Shown here piece after piece: positions 32,191 to 43,400 of a DNA stretch of 64,000 nt. Both the position numbers and the translations under genes were made by a program. The notes beneath the pieces are model-generated. The model was not told the DNA's origin. It made no database searches and was given only the letters and a program-made list of their open reading frames with translations. Location of the stretch: assembly GCA_963809485.1 (NCBI GenBank), contig CAWEJX010000004.1, positions 1 through 64,000 on the forward strand, read 5' to 3'. Source of the DNA: an uncultured Acidobacteriota bacterium. Its GTDB lineage: Bacteria > Acidobacteriota > UBA6911. The stretch's first letter is position 1. Every line of letters starts with the position of its first letter.

Positions 32191-33552
32191 ATGGTAGATT
32201 ACGTCAACATTTTTATGGCCCGTGTGCAGGCCAAGAATCCCGGAGAGACCGAGTTCCACCAGGCTGTCCAGGAAGTCGTAGAATCGCTCTCTCTCGTTCT
32301 CGACAGGCACACCGAATACCGGTCCGCAAAAATTTTAGAGCGCATGGTAGAGCCCGAGCGCATTGTAACTTTCCGGGTGCCCTGGATGGATGACCAGGGA
32401 GAGATTCAGATCAATCGCGGATTCCGCATCGAAATGAACAGCGCCATCGGCCCGTATAAAGGCGGCCTGCGCTTCCACCCCTCGGTTAATCTGGGAATTC
32501 TGAAGTTCCTGGCATTCGAGCAGGTCTTCAAGAACAGCCTGACCACCCTGCCCATGGGCGGCGGCAAGGGGGGATCGGACTTCGATCCCAAGGGCAAAAG
32601 TAACAACGAAGTCATGCGGTTTTGCCAAAGCTTTATGACCGAGCTTTTCCGTCACATCGGCCCGGACACCGACGTTCCGGCGGGAGACATAGGAGTCGGC
32701 GGCAGAGAAATCGGATATCTCTTCGGCCAGTTCAAGAGGCTGCGAAACGAATTTACGGGCGTTTTGACCGGCAAGGGCCTCAATTGGGGCGGATCCCTGA
32801 TCCGGCCGGAAGCCACCGGATACGGCTGTGTTTATTTTGCTTCCGAAATGGTGGCGACGCGAAATCAGACCCTGGAAGGCAAGACCTGCCTCGTCTCGGG
32901 AAGCGGAAACGTGTCTCAGTACACCATCGAGAAGGTATTGCAGCTGGGCGGCAAGGTCGTAACCGTTTCCGATTCCGACGGGTATATTTATGATGAAGAG
33001 GGGATCGACAGCATGAAACTCGAATTCATCATGGACCTGAAGAATGTGAAGCGCGGCAGGATCAAGACCTACGCGGAAAAGTACAAACACGCGGTCTACA
33101 CCCGGGTGGACCGTGCCAATGACTACAACCCTCTTTGGGACCACAAGGCGGATTGCGCCTTCCCGAGCGCGACCCAGAACGAAATCAGCGCCAAAGACGC
33201 CCAAAATCTTCTGAAAAACGGTGTTTATGTCGTCGCAGAAGGCGCCAACATGCCGACCCACTACGAGGGCGTAAGGCTTTTCCTGGATGCGAAAATTCTT
33301 TTTGCTCCGGGGAAAGCGGCCAACGCGGGCGGGGTTGCGGTATCCGGGCTTGAAATGGCTCAGAACAGCATGCGGCTGCCCTGGACAAAACAGGAGGTCG
33401 ACAACCGGCTGAGCCTGATCATGAAGAGCATTCACTCAACCTGCGTGGAATGCGCCGAACGCTTCGGCACACCGGGCAACTATGTGAACGGAGCCAACAT
33501 CGGGGGCTTCCTGAAAGTTGCCGATGCCATGATGGACCAGGGGCTCGTATAG
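32191..33552 (+). CDS. gdhA: NADP-specific glutamate dehydrogenase
   Basis: EFHQAV, GPYKGGLRFHPSVN, MGGGKGGSDFDPKG, RPEATGYG, GSGNV. Confidence 0.97.
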   Translation: MVDYVNIFMARVQAKNPGETEFHQAVQEVVESLSLVLDRHTEYRSAKILERMVEPERIVTFRVPWMDDQGEIQINRGFRIEMNSAIGPYKGGLRFHPSVNLGILKFLAFEQVFKNSLTTLPMGGGKGGSDFDPKGKSNNEVMRFCQSFMTELFRHIGPDTDVPAGDIGVGGREIGYLFGQFKRLRNEFTGVLTGKGLNWGGSLIRPEATGYGCVYFASEMVATRNQTLEGKTCLVSGSGNVSQYTIEKVLQLGGKVVTVSDSDGYIYDEEGIDSMKLEFIMDLKNVKRGRIKTYAEKYKHAVYTRVDRANDYNPLWDHKADCAFPSATQNEISAKDAQNLLKNGVYVVAEGANMPTHYEGVRLFLDAKILFAPGKAANAGGVAVSGLEMAQNSMRLPWTKQEVDNRLSLIMKSIHSTCVECAERFGTPGNYVNGANIGGFLKVADAMMDQGLV

Positions 33553-33649
33553 CTTGTTCCGGCAGATCTGCAGGCCACGAATTGCCCGGATTTCCTGCTT
33601 ATTCGTGCAATTCGTGGCTTTTGTTTTATACTGATATCCGAGAACAATA

Positions 33650-36631
33650 ATGGTTGAAAAGAAACTGGATCCACTCTGGATCGAGCATGGGTACGGGACG
33701 CGCTTTCAGGGGTTTCAAAACCTGATGCGCCACAGGATCAGAGACGTGCTTCTTGTCTCCAGCCTCTATGATCTGTACCTGTTCGAGGAAGACGGGCGCT
33801 TTGACGAGCTGATCAGCAACGAGTACCAGCGCTTGAACCTGAGCCATTCGCCCGACCTTACCCGGGTTTCGAGCGGCAAAGAGGCCATTTTTCTGGCGAA
33901 GGAAGAGCGGCGCTTTGATCTCATCCTGACGACGCTTCATGTCGAGGACATGACAGCCGTGCGGCTTGCCCAGATGGCACGCGAGGCCGGCGTGCAGATT
34001 CCCATTGTGCTCCTGGCGTACGACACCAAAGAGCTGAAGGACCTCATCGCTCACAATTACGCTTCCGCATTCGACAGGGTTTTCGTTTGGCAGGGCGACT
34101 TCCAGTTGATCGTCAGCATCATCAAGCATCTCGAAGACCGCATGAATGTCGACCACGACACACGGCTGGTCGGCGTGCAGTCGATCCTGTTCATCGAGGA
34201 TAACATCCGCCACTACTCGACGCTTCTGCCGATACTGTACACCGAGCTTCTCAACCAGTCTCAACGGCTTATCTCTGAAGGCATCAATCTTTCGCACAAG
34301 TCGCTCCGGACCGTCGCCCGGCCCAAAATCCTGTTTTGCCAAACCTACGAGGAAGCCTGGCACTTTTATGAGACCTACAGGGAACACATACTGGGCATCA
34401 TATCCGACATAGACTTTCCGCGCGGCGGGAAGCCCGATCACGGTGCGGGGATACGTTTCGCAAAGGCTGTCCGGAAGGATCATTCCGACATGCCTGTTCT
34501 GCTGCAATCCCTTACGTCGGATTACGAAGCGGAAGCCAAAGCGATGAACCTTTCGTTCATGCCGAAGGATTCGCCCAACGTGGCCCTTTATCTGCGGCAG
34601 TTCATGACCGAATACTTCAGTTTCGGCGATTTTATTTTCCGGACCCCCGAGGGCCACGAAGTCGGAAGGGCTTCGGACCTGAAAAGCCTTCGGGAACAGC
34701 TGCTCTATGTGCCCGAGGAAAGCATACGGTTCCATGCCGAACGGAACCATTTTTCAAACTGGCTCAAGGCGCGGACGGAGTTCGGCCTTGCCCAGCGGCT
34801 TCAGCCCCGGAAAGTTTCCGATTTCCCGACCGTCCGGGAACTGCGCGACGACCTGATCGCTTCCCTCGGCGCATACACGAGATTTCAGCAGCGAGGATTG
34901 ATCACGGAATTCAGCAAGGATTCTTTTGATCCTGAAACCAGCTTCATGCGGATCGGCGGAGGCTCTCTCGGCGGCAAAGCGCGCGGTTTGGGTTTCGTCA
35001 ACACCCTCGTCAACAACTACAACGTCCGCCGGCAGTTCGAAGGGGTGCAAATCGCCGTTCCGCCCGCTGTGGTTTTGGGGACGGAGCTTTTCGACCGGTT
35101 CCTGGATGAGAACAACCTGCGCAAATTTGCGCTGGAATCCGGCGACGACGTCGAAATAACCAGGAAATTCCTCGAAAGCGGGATTTTTCCCGAGGATCTC
35201 CTTGGCGACCTGGCTGCGTTCCTCCACGTGGTTCGGACGCCGCTTGCCGTGCGGTCTTCGAGCCTTCTGGAAGACTCTCAATATCATCCGTTCGCCGGCG
35301 TTTATGAAACGTACATGATTCCGAACAGCCATCCGGATCCTTTTGTCCGGCTTGGCCAGCTCGTAACCACCATCAAGCGGGTGTATGCATCGACCTTTTA
35401 TCAGTGTGCAAAAGATTACTTCAAAGTAACCGATTACCATCTTGAAGAAGAAAAGATGTCGGTGATTGTGCAGAAAATGGTCGGCGCGCAGCACGGCACA
35501 CGGTTTTACCCCGATTTCTCAGGCGTCGCAAAATCTTACAACTACTATCCGGTAGCTCCCCAGAAACCTCTGGACGGAATTGTCTCCGTGGCGCTCGGTC
35601 TGGGCAAAACGATCGTCGACGGGGGCGTTACCGTCCGCTTCTGCCCGAAATATCCCGACCACCTGTTGCAGTTTTTTTCCGCGGCCGAAGCCCTGTCCAA
35701 TAATCAAAACCAGCTTTTCGCCCTCGACCTGGACGCGAGTCCCACACAGGCGGCCGAAACCCACGACATGCTGGTCAAAAGCTTCGGTCTGAGCGACGCC
35801 GAGAAAGACGGCACTCTGCACTACGTGGCATCCACATACTCGCCGGAAAACGATGCGATTTACGACGGCACATCGAGGGCGGGGCTGCGTGTAGTAACCT
35901 TTGCCCCGATCCTTCGAAACAAGATATTTCCGCTTCCGCAAATTACCGCGCTTCTAATGGATATGGGCAGCTGGGGCATGGGCGCCCCCATCGAAATGGA
36001 ATTCGCCGTAACCATGTCCGTGCCGCCGCGAGAACTCAGGGAATTTGCGCTGCTGCAGTTGCGCCCCCTCGGCCTCACCAAGGAAATGGACCCGCTCGAA
36101 ATCGAGGAGGTCTCGCCCGACAGCCTGATCTGCGCAAGCAACCAGGTCCTGGGCCATGGGGTTTCGAACGATATCCGGGACATCGTTTTTGTGGACGTGG
36201 ACCGTTTTCAACGCGCAAAGAGCGGCGATGCCGCTCACGAAGTCATGCTGTTCAACGAGAAACTGCTGTCCGAGCAGCGTCCCTATCTTCTGATCGGCGT
36301 CGGCAGATGGGGCTCGCTGGATCCTTGGCTGGGAATCCCCGTGAAATGGGATCAGATCTCCGGCGCCAAAGTGATTGTCGAGGCCGGATTCAAGGACATG
36401 GAAGTCGACCCGTCCCAGGGCTCCCATTTTTTCCACAATATTACTTCGTTCAGAGTCGGCTATTTCACGGTGAACTCCACGACCCAGAATGGCTTTGTCG
36501 ACTGGGAATGGCTTCGATCCAATCCGGTCGCCGAGAAGAAACAATTCGTGCGTCATATCCGTCTGCCGAAACCGATCACGACCAAAATCAACGGACATCA
36601 GAATAAGGGCATCATTTTAAAACCGGAGTAG
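33650..36631 (+). CDS. Receiver-like domains fused to a PEP/pyruvate-binding (PPDK N-terminal ATP-grasp) domain
   Basis: GGKARGL, LAVRSSSLLEDS..FAGVY, VQKMVG and IEMEFA motifs; two REC-like segments; C-terminal SQGSHFF. Confidence 0.88.
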   Translation: MVEKKLDPLWIEHGYGTRFQGFQNLMRHRIRDVLLVSSLYDLYLFEEDGRFDELISNEYQRLNLSHSPDLTRVSSGKEAIFLAKEERRFDLILTTLHVEDMTAVRLAQMAREAGVQIPIVLLAYDTKELKDLIAHNYASAFDRVFVWQGDFQLIVSIIKHLEDRMNVDHDTRLVGVQSILFIEDNIRHYSTLLPILYTELLNQSQRLISEGINLSHKSLRTVARPKILFCQTYEEAWHFYETYREHILGIISDIDFPRGGKPDHGAGIRFAKAVRKDHSDMPVLLQSLTSDYEAEAKAMNLSFMPKDSPNVALYLRQFMTEYFSFGDFIFRTPEGHEVGRASDLKSLREQLLYVPEESIRFHAERNHFSNWLKARTEFGLAQRLQPRKVSDFPTVRELRDDLIASLGAYTRFQQRGLITEFSKDSFDPETSFMRIGGGSLGGKARGLGFVNTLVNNYNVRRQFEGVQIAVPPAVVLGTELFDRFLDENNLRKFALESGDDVEITRKFLESGIFPEDLLGDLAAFLHVVRTPLAVRSSSLLEDSQYHPFAGVYETYMIPNSHPDPFVRLGQLVTTIKRVYASTFYQCAKDYFKVTDYHLEEEKMSVIVQKMVGAQHGTRFYPDFSGVAKSYNYYPVAPQKPLDGIVSVALGLGKTIVDGGVTVRFCPKYPDHLLQFFSAAEALSNNQNQLFALDLDASPTQAAETHDMLVKSFGLSDAEKDGTLHYVASTYSPENDAIYDGTSRAGLRVVTFAPILRNKIFPLPQITALLMDMGSWGMGAPIEMEFAVTMSVPPRELREFALLQLRPLGLTKEMDPLEIEEVSPDSLICASNQVLGHGVSNDIRDIVFVDVDRFQRAKSGDAAHEVMLFNEKLLSEQRPYLLIGVGRWGSLDPWLGIPVKWDQISGAKVIVEAGFKDMEVDPSQGSHFFHNITSFRVGYFTVNSTTQNGFVDWEWLRSNPVAEKKQFVRHIRLPKPITTKINGHQNKGIILKPE

Positions 36632-36635
36632 GCCA

Positions 36636-36846
36636 TTGACCGAACAAAGCGAAAACAGACAAGCAGGATGAAAAACCGCGCAAGGTTTATGATGCGTGCC
36701 CGCACTGCGGCCACGAGCTGAGTCCCTGGCAACAGGTCCTGCTCACCATCGACCGCGCCCTGGTCTGCAAAAACTGCTGGTATCGCATCATCCTCGACAT
36801 CTCCGAAAACGAGGAGATCGCCCTCCCTCCGGAAGACAAGGAATAG
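36636..36846 (+). CDS. Small Zn-ribbon protein (~70 aa; probable 1-nt frameshift near the start)
   Basis: Frame reads ...YDACPHCGHELSPWQQVLLTIDRALVCKNCWYRIILD...KE-stop; TTG at 36636 follows GGAG but lies in the adjacent frame. Confidence 0.6.
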
Positions 36847-36851
36847 ACACG

Positions 36852-38099
36852 ATGCAATCCTACAATTCGTTTGAAGTTGAACAATCCCAGGTCATGGCGG
36901 CCGCCGAATATCTGAATCTCGACCGGGCTACGCTGGACCTGCTGCTCTGGCCTCAAAGAGAGTTCAAATTCACCATGCCCGTCAAAATGGACAGCGGGGA
37001 GACGAGCGTTTTTCACGGCTACCGGATCCAGCACAACTTCGCACGCGGACCGGCAAAGGGAGGCATCCGGTTTCATCCCGACGAAACCTTCGACACGATG
37101 CGGGCTCTCGCGGGGTGGATGACATGGAAAACCGCAGTCATGGACCTCCCCCTGGGCGGAGGCAAGGGCGGGGTGGTCTGCGACCCGCGGAAAATGTCCC
37201 AAAGAGAACTGGAGAACACCGCCCGGGCGTACGTGCGGGTGCTGTCGCGCATCATAGGCATCGACCAGGATGTCGCCGCGCCCGATGTCTACACAAACCC
37301 GCAGACCATGGCATGGATGATGGATGAGTACGAGACGATCACGCATCAGCATCAGCCGGGAGTCATGTCCAACAAGCCGCTGCCTCTCGGGGGGAGCGAA
37401 GGACGGCGCGACGCCACGGCCCGCGGCGGGGTCATTGTGGTGCGCGAAGCCTGCAAAACGTACAAGGTCGATCCCACAGGTGCCTATGCAATTCAGGGAT
37501 TCGGCAGCGCCGGGCAGCGGGCGGCCATGTTTCACCAGGAACTGCTGGGAGGCGGACGGCTGGTCGCGGTCAGCGATTCAACCGGCGCCATCCATAATTC
37601 TCGCGGAATCAATCCGCGGGAACTGGTCGGCCACAAGCTGCGGACGGGATCCGTAGCGGGATTCCCGGAATCGGAACCTGTCGATCCCAAAGAAGTCCTT
37701 GAGGCGGATGTTTCGGTCCTCTATCCGGCCGCTCTCGAAAATGCAATAAATGTAAGCAACGCCAAACGCATCCGGGCCCGGATTGTGTGTGAACTGGCCA
37801 ACGGCCCGACGACGCCTCAGGCGGACAAAATCCTGTTCGAGAAAGGATCGCACGTGATTCCGGACATCATCGCAAATGCCGGGGGCGTGACAGTCTCCCA
37901 TTTTGAGATGGTGCAGAACAAATACTCCTTTTACTGGAGAGAGGCCTTCGTCAACCGAAGGCTCGATTCCACGATCACGCGGGCGTACCGCCTTGTCGAC
38001 CAGACCGTACAGCAGAGGAAGGTCCATCCGCGCCTGGGCGCTATGCTGGTCGCCGTTGCCCGCGTGGCTGAAGCCTGCAAACTGCGCGGATGGGTCTGA
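36852..38099 (+). CDS. Glu/Leu/Phe/Val dehydrogenase (second GDH, NAD(P)-type)
   Basis: GPAKGGIRF, LGGGKGG, APDVYT, ATARG, QGFGSAG, ANGP. Confidence 0.92.
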   Translation: MQSYNSFEVEQSQVMAAAEYLNLDRATLDLLLWPQREFKFTMPVKMDSGETSVFHGYRIQHNFARGPAKGGIRFHPDETFDTMRALAGWMTWKTAVMDLPLGGGKGGVVCDPRKMSQRELENTARAYVRVLSRIIGIDQDVAAPDVYTNPQTMAWMMDEYETITHQHQPGVMSNKPLPLGGSEGRRDATARGGVIVVREACKTYKVDPTGAYAIQGFGSAGQRAAMFHQELLGGGRLVAVSDSTGAIHNSRGINPRELVGHKLRTGSVAGFPESEPVDPKEVLEADVSVLYPAALENAINVSNAKRIRARIVCELANGPTTPQADKILFEKGSHVIPDIIANAGGVTVSHFEMVQNKYSFYWREAFVNRRLDSTITRAYRLVDQTVQQRKVHPRLGAMLVAVARVAEACKLRGWV

Positions 38100-38174
38100 G
38101 GAGGCAGGCTTTCGAACCCTTGAGTCGGCGAGCCAATCCCAACGCCTCAAAGGCTCCAAGGATGAATTCTTTCT

Positions 38175-39422
38175 ATGCCATTCCCCCTGGTGCTCTATTA
38201 CCACTGGCTCAACCGCTTCAGTTTCAACGCGCTGGCGGGGGCCATCGACAGCGACCCTGCTTTCGAAGACCATCCGGTCACGCTGTCATTGACCGAAGCG
38301 CAACTGTATAAAGCCACATCCGTCCTCCTGAACCGCTTCAACCGCATTGTCGTGGCATTGTCCGTGTTGACGTCTCAGATGGAGGAGATGCGGCGCATCG
38401 CTCGCCAGCTTCGCTCGGATTTCGGATCGCGGGCTACCATCGTCGCAGGCGGGGCGCATGTGACAGCCCGTCCGAAGGAAATTCTTGAAGCCGGCGCAGA
38501 CATTGCCTTCCTCGGTGAGGCTGAAGATAGCTTTCCGGCCGTCCTGAAGAAAATTCCAGATCAAGGAGGGCTGGACGGTATCGATGGCATCGCATTCGTC
38601 AGGGAGGGAACTGTAATCTCGCAGCCGCGAACCCGTCCGGCAGACCTCGACGCCTTCAGCTCCTTTTCACCAAAGCGGGGAATGTACGGCCCAATCGAAA
38701 TCACGCGCGGCTGCCCCTTCGCCTGCAGCTATTGTCAAACGTCCCAAATTTTCGGGACCGTACTGCGCCACCGCAGTATCCCGAACATCGTTCGCCAGTC
38801 TGAATCGCTCCGTTCGGGCAACCGCAAGGTGGTTCGCCTGCTCTCGCCCAATGCGTTTTCTTACGGATCGACCGATGGACGAAAGCTCAACCTGAATGCG
38901 TTGCGGGAGTTGCTTTCGGCGCTGCGTGAGAGCGTGTCATCCGGCGGCCGGATTATTTTTGCGCATTTCCCCTCCGAGGCGCGGCCCGAACACATCACAC
39001 CGGACACCCTCGGCCTTTTGAAGGAATTTGCCGACAACGACGAGATCGTTATCGGCGCGCAATCCGGCAGCCAGACCATGCTGAACGCCTGCCGCAGATC
39101 GCATACCGTGGAGGACGTTCTCAGCTCGGTTACCCTGGCCCGGAAATTCGGCTACAAGGTCATTGTTGATTTTATTTTCGGGCTTCCGGGCGAAAGCCCG
39201 GCGGATGAGCAGTCCAGCCTTTCCGTCATGGAAAGGCTGGTGCAAATAGGAGCCCGCATACACCCGCACGCCTTCGCTCCGTTGCCGCAGACGGCGTTCT
39301 CATCGGAGCCACCCGCAAGGCTCTCGCCTGCCGTTCTGCGCGCCATCGAAAGCCTCAGAGCGCAAAAAGGCATTTACGTAAACCGGCGCGAAATCCTGCG
39401 GGGTTTCGAGTCTTCCACCTGA
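38175..39422 (+). CDS. B12-binding domain radical SAM protein (TIGR04013-like)
   Basis: AGGAH, GEAE, EITRGCPFACSYCQT, SPNAFSYG. Confidence 0.85.
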   Translation: MPFPLVLYYHWLNRFSFNALAGAIDSDPAFEDHPVTLSLTEAQLYKATSVLLNRFNRIVVALSVLTSQMEEMRRIARQLRSDFGSRATIVAGGAHVTARPKEILEAGADIAFLGEAEDSFPAVLKKIPDQGGLDGIDGIAFVREGTVISQPRTRPADLDAFSSFSPKRGMYGPIEITRGCPFACSYCQTSQIFGTVLRHRSIPNIVRQSESLRSGNRKVVRLLSPNAFSYGSTDGRKLNLNALRELLSALRESVSSGGRIIFAHFPSEARPEHITPDTLGLLKEFADNDEIVIGAQSGSQTMLNACRRSHTVEDVLSSVTLARKFGYKVIVDFIFGLPGESPADEQSSLSVMERLVQIGARIHPHAFAPLPQTAFSSEPPARLSPAVLRAIESLRAQKGIYVNRREILRGFESST

Positions 39423-39475
39423 GGCTGTCCGCAAACCAGAGTGGAGACCATAAGCATCGGCGCCGGTATGGCCGC

Positions 39476-39655
39476 AGTCAGGCACATCCGGCAAAGCCGG
39501 AGGCTTGAAAGATTGGAACCGCTAAAAGCGGTTGGAGGAGTTACGCTGGTCTTGAACGCTGACCTACGCGGGCTAAAGCCGATGAGGCGCTTCCGGTCCC
39601 CGCCGAACGAATCAGCGTGCGTCAGCATTTATCAGCGTGCGTCAGCGTTAAAATT
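39476..39655 (-). mobile_element. Non-autonomous IS200/IS605-derived element, copy 5 (left end missing)
   Basis: Right-end hairpin and interior present; homology stops after the TCAGCG repeats. Confidence 0.75.
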
Positions 39656-39763
39656 TATGGATAGGCCTCCAGAGCCGGTCTCAAAACGACTGTCGCGAGA
39701 TGCTCGCCGGCAATTTGAGACAGTCTCCGGAGAGACGTCCTCACGAAAACCGGGTGCGCTGGT

Positions 39764-40339
39764 TTAGCTTTTAACGATGGCGCGGGCGACTTCCTCGGCT
39801 TTTTTCAGAATTGGATCGGGGACTCCAACGGTTCCGCCTCCCCCGACCCCGACGCCACGGATCAGATGGGTTTCGCCGAACGCCATCGAGCGTTTGAGAA
39901 AATCCTGATACTTTTTAGGGATATCGGCAAACAGCTCATCCACGGGCGCCCCCTGGGTGATGATAAAAACAAGCTTCTTCCCTGCCGGAACGCGCGAAGG
40001 GCTGCCGGCGAGGTAGCCGGCCGGCATATAAGAATAGGTGCGGTCGATGAAGCACTTCACCTGGCCGGGGACATCCGAGCAGTACACGGGCATAGCCATC
40101 ACGACAATGTCAGCCCCTTTCAGGGATTCCAGCACTTTGGCCAGGTCATCCTCAAGCACGCATTTTTCGGAAGTCGTTTTGCAGGCCATGCAGCCCTGGC
40201 AGCCGCGATAGGTGAGATCGTTCAATACGAACGACTCAATTTTTGCGCCCAGGCTCGCCGCAGTTTCGTTAAACCGGTTGGCGATGGCCGCGCTGTTGCT
40301 GTTCCGGCGCGGGCTTCCAATCAGGCAGCAGATCTTCAT
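39764..40339 (-). CDS. Iron-sulfur flavoprotein / multimeric flavodoxin family
   Basis: GSPRRNSNS, CQGCMAC.....C, PVY, KCFIDR. Confidence 0.9.
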   Translation of the reverse strand: MKICCLIGSPRRNSNSAAIANRFNETAASLGAKIESFVLNDLTYRGCQGCMACKTTSEKCVLEDDLAKVLESLKGADIVVMAMPVYCSDVPGQVKCFIDRTYSYMPAGYLAGSPSRVPAGKKLVFIITQGAPVDELFADIPKKYQDFLKRSMAFGETHLIRGVGVGGGGTVGVPDPILKKAEEVARAIVKS

Positions 40340-40373
40340 AAGGTTGCTCCTCGTGATTCGTTAAGACAGCATA

Positions 40374-40430
40374 AAAAAACGCCACGGACCCTGATGATTA
40401 TGGCATAACCGCAGGATCCGTGGCGTTCTT
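40374..40430 (-). terminator. Terminator after TBDR 2
   Basis: A-run followed by CGCCACGGA...TCCGTGGCG stem. Confidence 0.7.
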
Positions 40431-40456
40431 AAAATCCGGCTATTCGGATTTTAGTT

Positions 40457-43400
40457 TTAGAAGTTGAATCGCAAAACCATCTGGCCCGTACGCTGCCCGC
40501 CGGTATTCATCCAGTTCGTGGCATAGCCGAAGCCGGAGGTCGCGTTGCCGTTCGCATCCGTTACCTGCGGAAGCAACATCGAATTGCTGGGCATAGGAAT
40601 ACGGGTTCGGTTGAACACGTTGCTCATTTCAACACGAATATTCAAGCTCATCTGTTCTCTGAACCGGAATACCCGTTCCAGGCTCAGGCTTTCCGTGGGA
40701 GCACGACGATACCGGTAATCCCCGTAAGCAGCGGAACCGTTGCCGAATGTGGCAGGAGGCGGCGTTTGCCACGCGTTCGGGTTCAGAATAAACGTCTTGT
40801 TGGGATCATAGTTGGAATTGATGTCCTGCGTATATAGCGGCTCGCCGGGCACCCGGGAGGAGTACGTAGCAGGCGCGCTGTAATAAGGAGAAGTGTTGCA
40901 TCCACCCAGAACGCTGAACGGAGCGCACAGCGACATCGTCTGAGCAACGTTAGGGTAATTGAGCGCAACCGGAGCCATAATCGGCAATCCGGATTGGTAA
41001 ACCAGGTAAGCCCCGATTCGCCAATCCTTCAATGTATAGCTCAGCGCTTTATTCACGCTAGCCCATGTGGGAGTCAGGTAGGTTGCGGTAAGGACAAAGC
41101 GATGCGGCACCGACGAAAAAGAGAGGCTCTTGTTCATCCTCAAATCATCCAGGTTATAGACCGCCGGATTGACCTGGAATGCCGAGTCCTGGGACTCTGT
41201 GCCCACGGTTGTTTCTTTCGACCAGACGTAATGAGCCTGCATGTCAAGCCCGTGAGAAAACCGTTTGGTCAACTTCAACTGCATGGAGTCGTACCAGGTG
41301 TTGCCCAGCGGCGCCCAGAGAACAAAAATGGTGCCGAAATGCGGGTACGGCCGAAGGGACTGCGACACAGTTCCTTTAAAGCCCGCATAGGGCTCTACCA
41401 GGTTGTGGGCCGCTTTCACCTCGGAGCTGACCGTATCAAACTGACTGATTAGCAGCATGCCATCATCTACGTTTCCGACACTCAGGTTGTGCTTTGCCAG
41501 AATCGCCGATGTAACACGGTTGGGGTCCGTAAGCGTTCCGCTGGCATTCCACCATGCCCCGCGGTTGCCAACGTAGGAAGCCTCCACGCTCAAATCCTTG
41601 GTAAGCTCACGCTGAATCCCGACGCTCCACATCAGCTGTCTCGGCGGGTATCCTGCATGCCGATCAATGGAGGTCATGAAGACAGCGCCCGGCGATTGCG
41701 GTGCCGATCCCGGGTCTTTGTCCGGCCATACCGGTGTAATCGGCACGCCGTCCTGAAGCAGAGAGATGGGATTGCCGTACTGGGTGGCAGGGCCATAGCG
41801 GTCGTCGGATCCGAGGCGCAGCGTCCACATTTCCAGCTGGGCCGTCTGCCCGTAGGAGACTCCAATGCCCCCGCGCAATACGGTCTTGGGCGTAATCTGG
41901 TATGCAAGCCCCAGACGAGGCCCGAAAGAATACGGGTAATTGCTGGCAAAATTGTTTCCCGGGCTTTCAAAGATCTTTGCGCCCGGAATATTGCCATAAG
42001 ACGGATTGGGAGTCTGATATCCGAAACTCGCGATGCGGCCGTATCCCTCTTTCAGATAGGTCTGGTAGTCATAGCGCAGGCCGTAGTCGATGGTAAGTTT
42101 GGGTGTCACCTTCCAGCTGTCCTGGGCGAAGAAGGCAAACGAGTGTTTCCCGATGTGGAAACTTGACTCAATGCCGATTTCGCCGTTGTTTACCTGGCCC
42201 ATCATGAAGCTGGCATAGGGAAATCCTATATTGCCGCCGCCGTAGTTAGTGGCATTCAGGTACGGAAGACCTGTCTGGGCAGGGCTGAAGAAGAACCAGC
42301 CGTTGCTGGGCGTTGTAGCTAGGGACGGATAGGATTCCACGCGCAATTCGGCGCCAAACTTGTAGGTGTGGTTGCCCTTTACCCAGTTGAGGGTTGCATT
42401 ACCCGTCGGCTTTTGCTGCCACTGCTTCTGCTGTGCAACCGGGCCTATGCCGTTCCCCTGGCCTGCGTCGGCCTTTCCGCCTCCCTGAGCCTGGTAGATG
42501 TTGTACATAGTCGGGTAAACACCCTTGGAAGTTCCGGTTAAGCCGAGCTCTGCTTCACTATCCCAACTCCCGAACCCCGGCGTGGGATCCCAGAACACGA
42601 AGTGCAGGAAGCCCCCGCCCAGGTGCAGCAGCACCGTTGGCGAAATCGTGTAGTCGAGGTTCACGCGCGCGGTATGCGCCGTTTCCCACAGATCCCGCTC
42701 TGTTGTGATCGGAGGTGCAAAACCGTCCGGGAAAGGCACGTATTGATCATTCAGCGACCAGTACCCGGAAATTTTCATTCTTGCAGCTGAGGTTGTGATC
42801 CATCTTGATCGAATAGATGGAGTTTTTCGTGTTATTGGAATATTGGTTCAAATAGTTGTTGACCGAGGAACTGTTCGTCGGCTGCGGAATGAAAGACTGG
42901 AGCTTCATCGCAACCGAGTCGAACTGATAGCCTGCCGGAGCTATATTGCCGGGGAATGGATCCCGGATAACATAGCTCTTGCCGTCGACAACTTCCGTTC
43001 GGGTCGTTTTAGGATCGTAAATCGCGCCATCCATGATCGGCCGCCCGAGCACGTCCGTGCCGAGCACTTTCCCCGTGTATAGCGCAGGCGAACTGAAATC
43101 GCCGTTGCGGTAGGCCATGGTGGGAACCGTGGTCTGGGTGCTGGTGCTCGTATTCAGCTTGTTTTGCTCAAAGCTGAAAAAGAAAAAGGTCTTGTCACGA
43201 CCGTCGTACATCTTGGGAAGGTATACCGGCCCTCCCACCGAAAAGCCCCAATCGTGCCGGCGGTCGCGCGGCCTGTAGTGGTTGTAAGGCTGCGCCGCAT
43301 TGAACATGGTTTCGTTTCTGAGGTATTCGAATGCGGTGCCGTGAAGCTCGTTGGTGCCCGACTTCATGGTCATGTTGAACATGCCGCCGCCCACCTGCCC

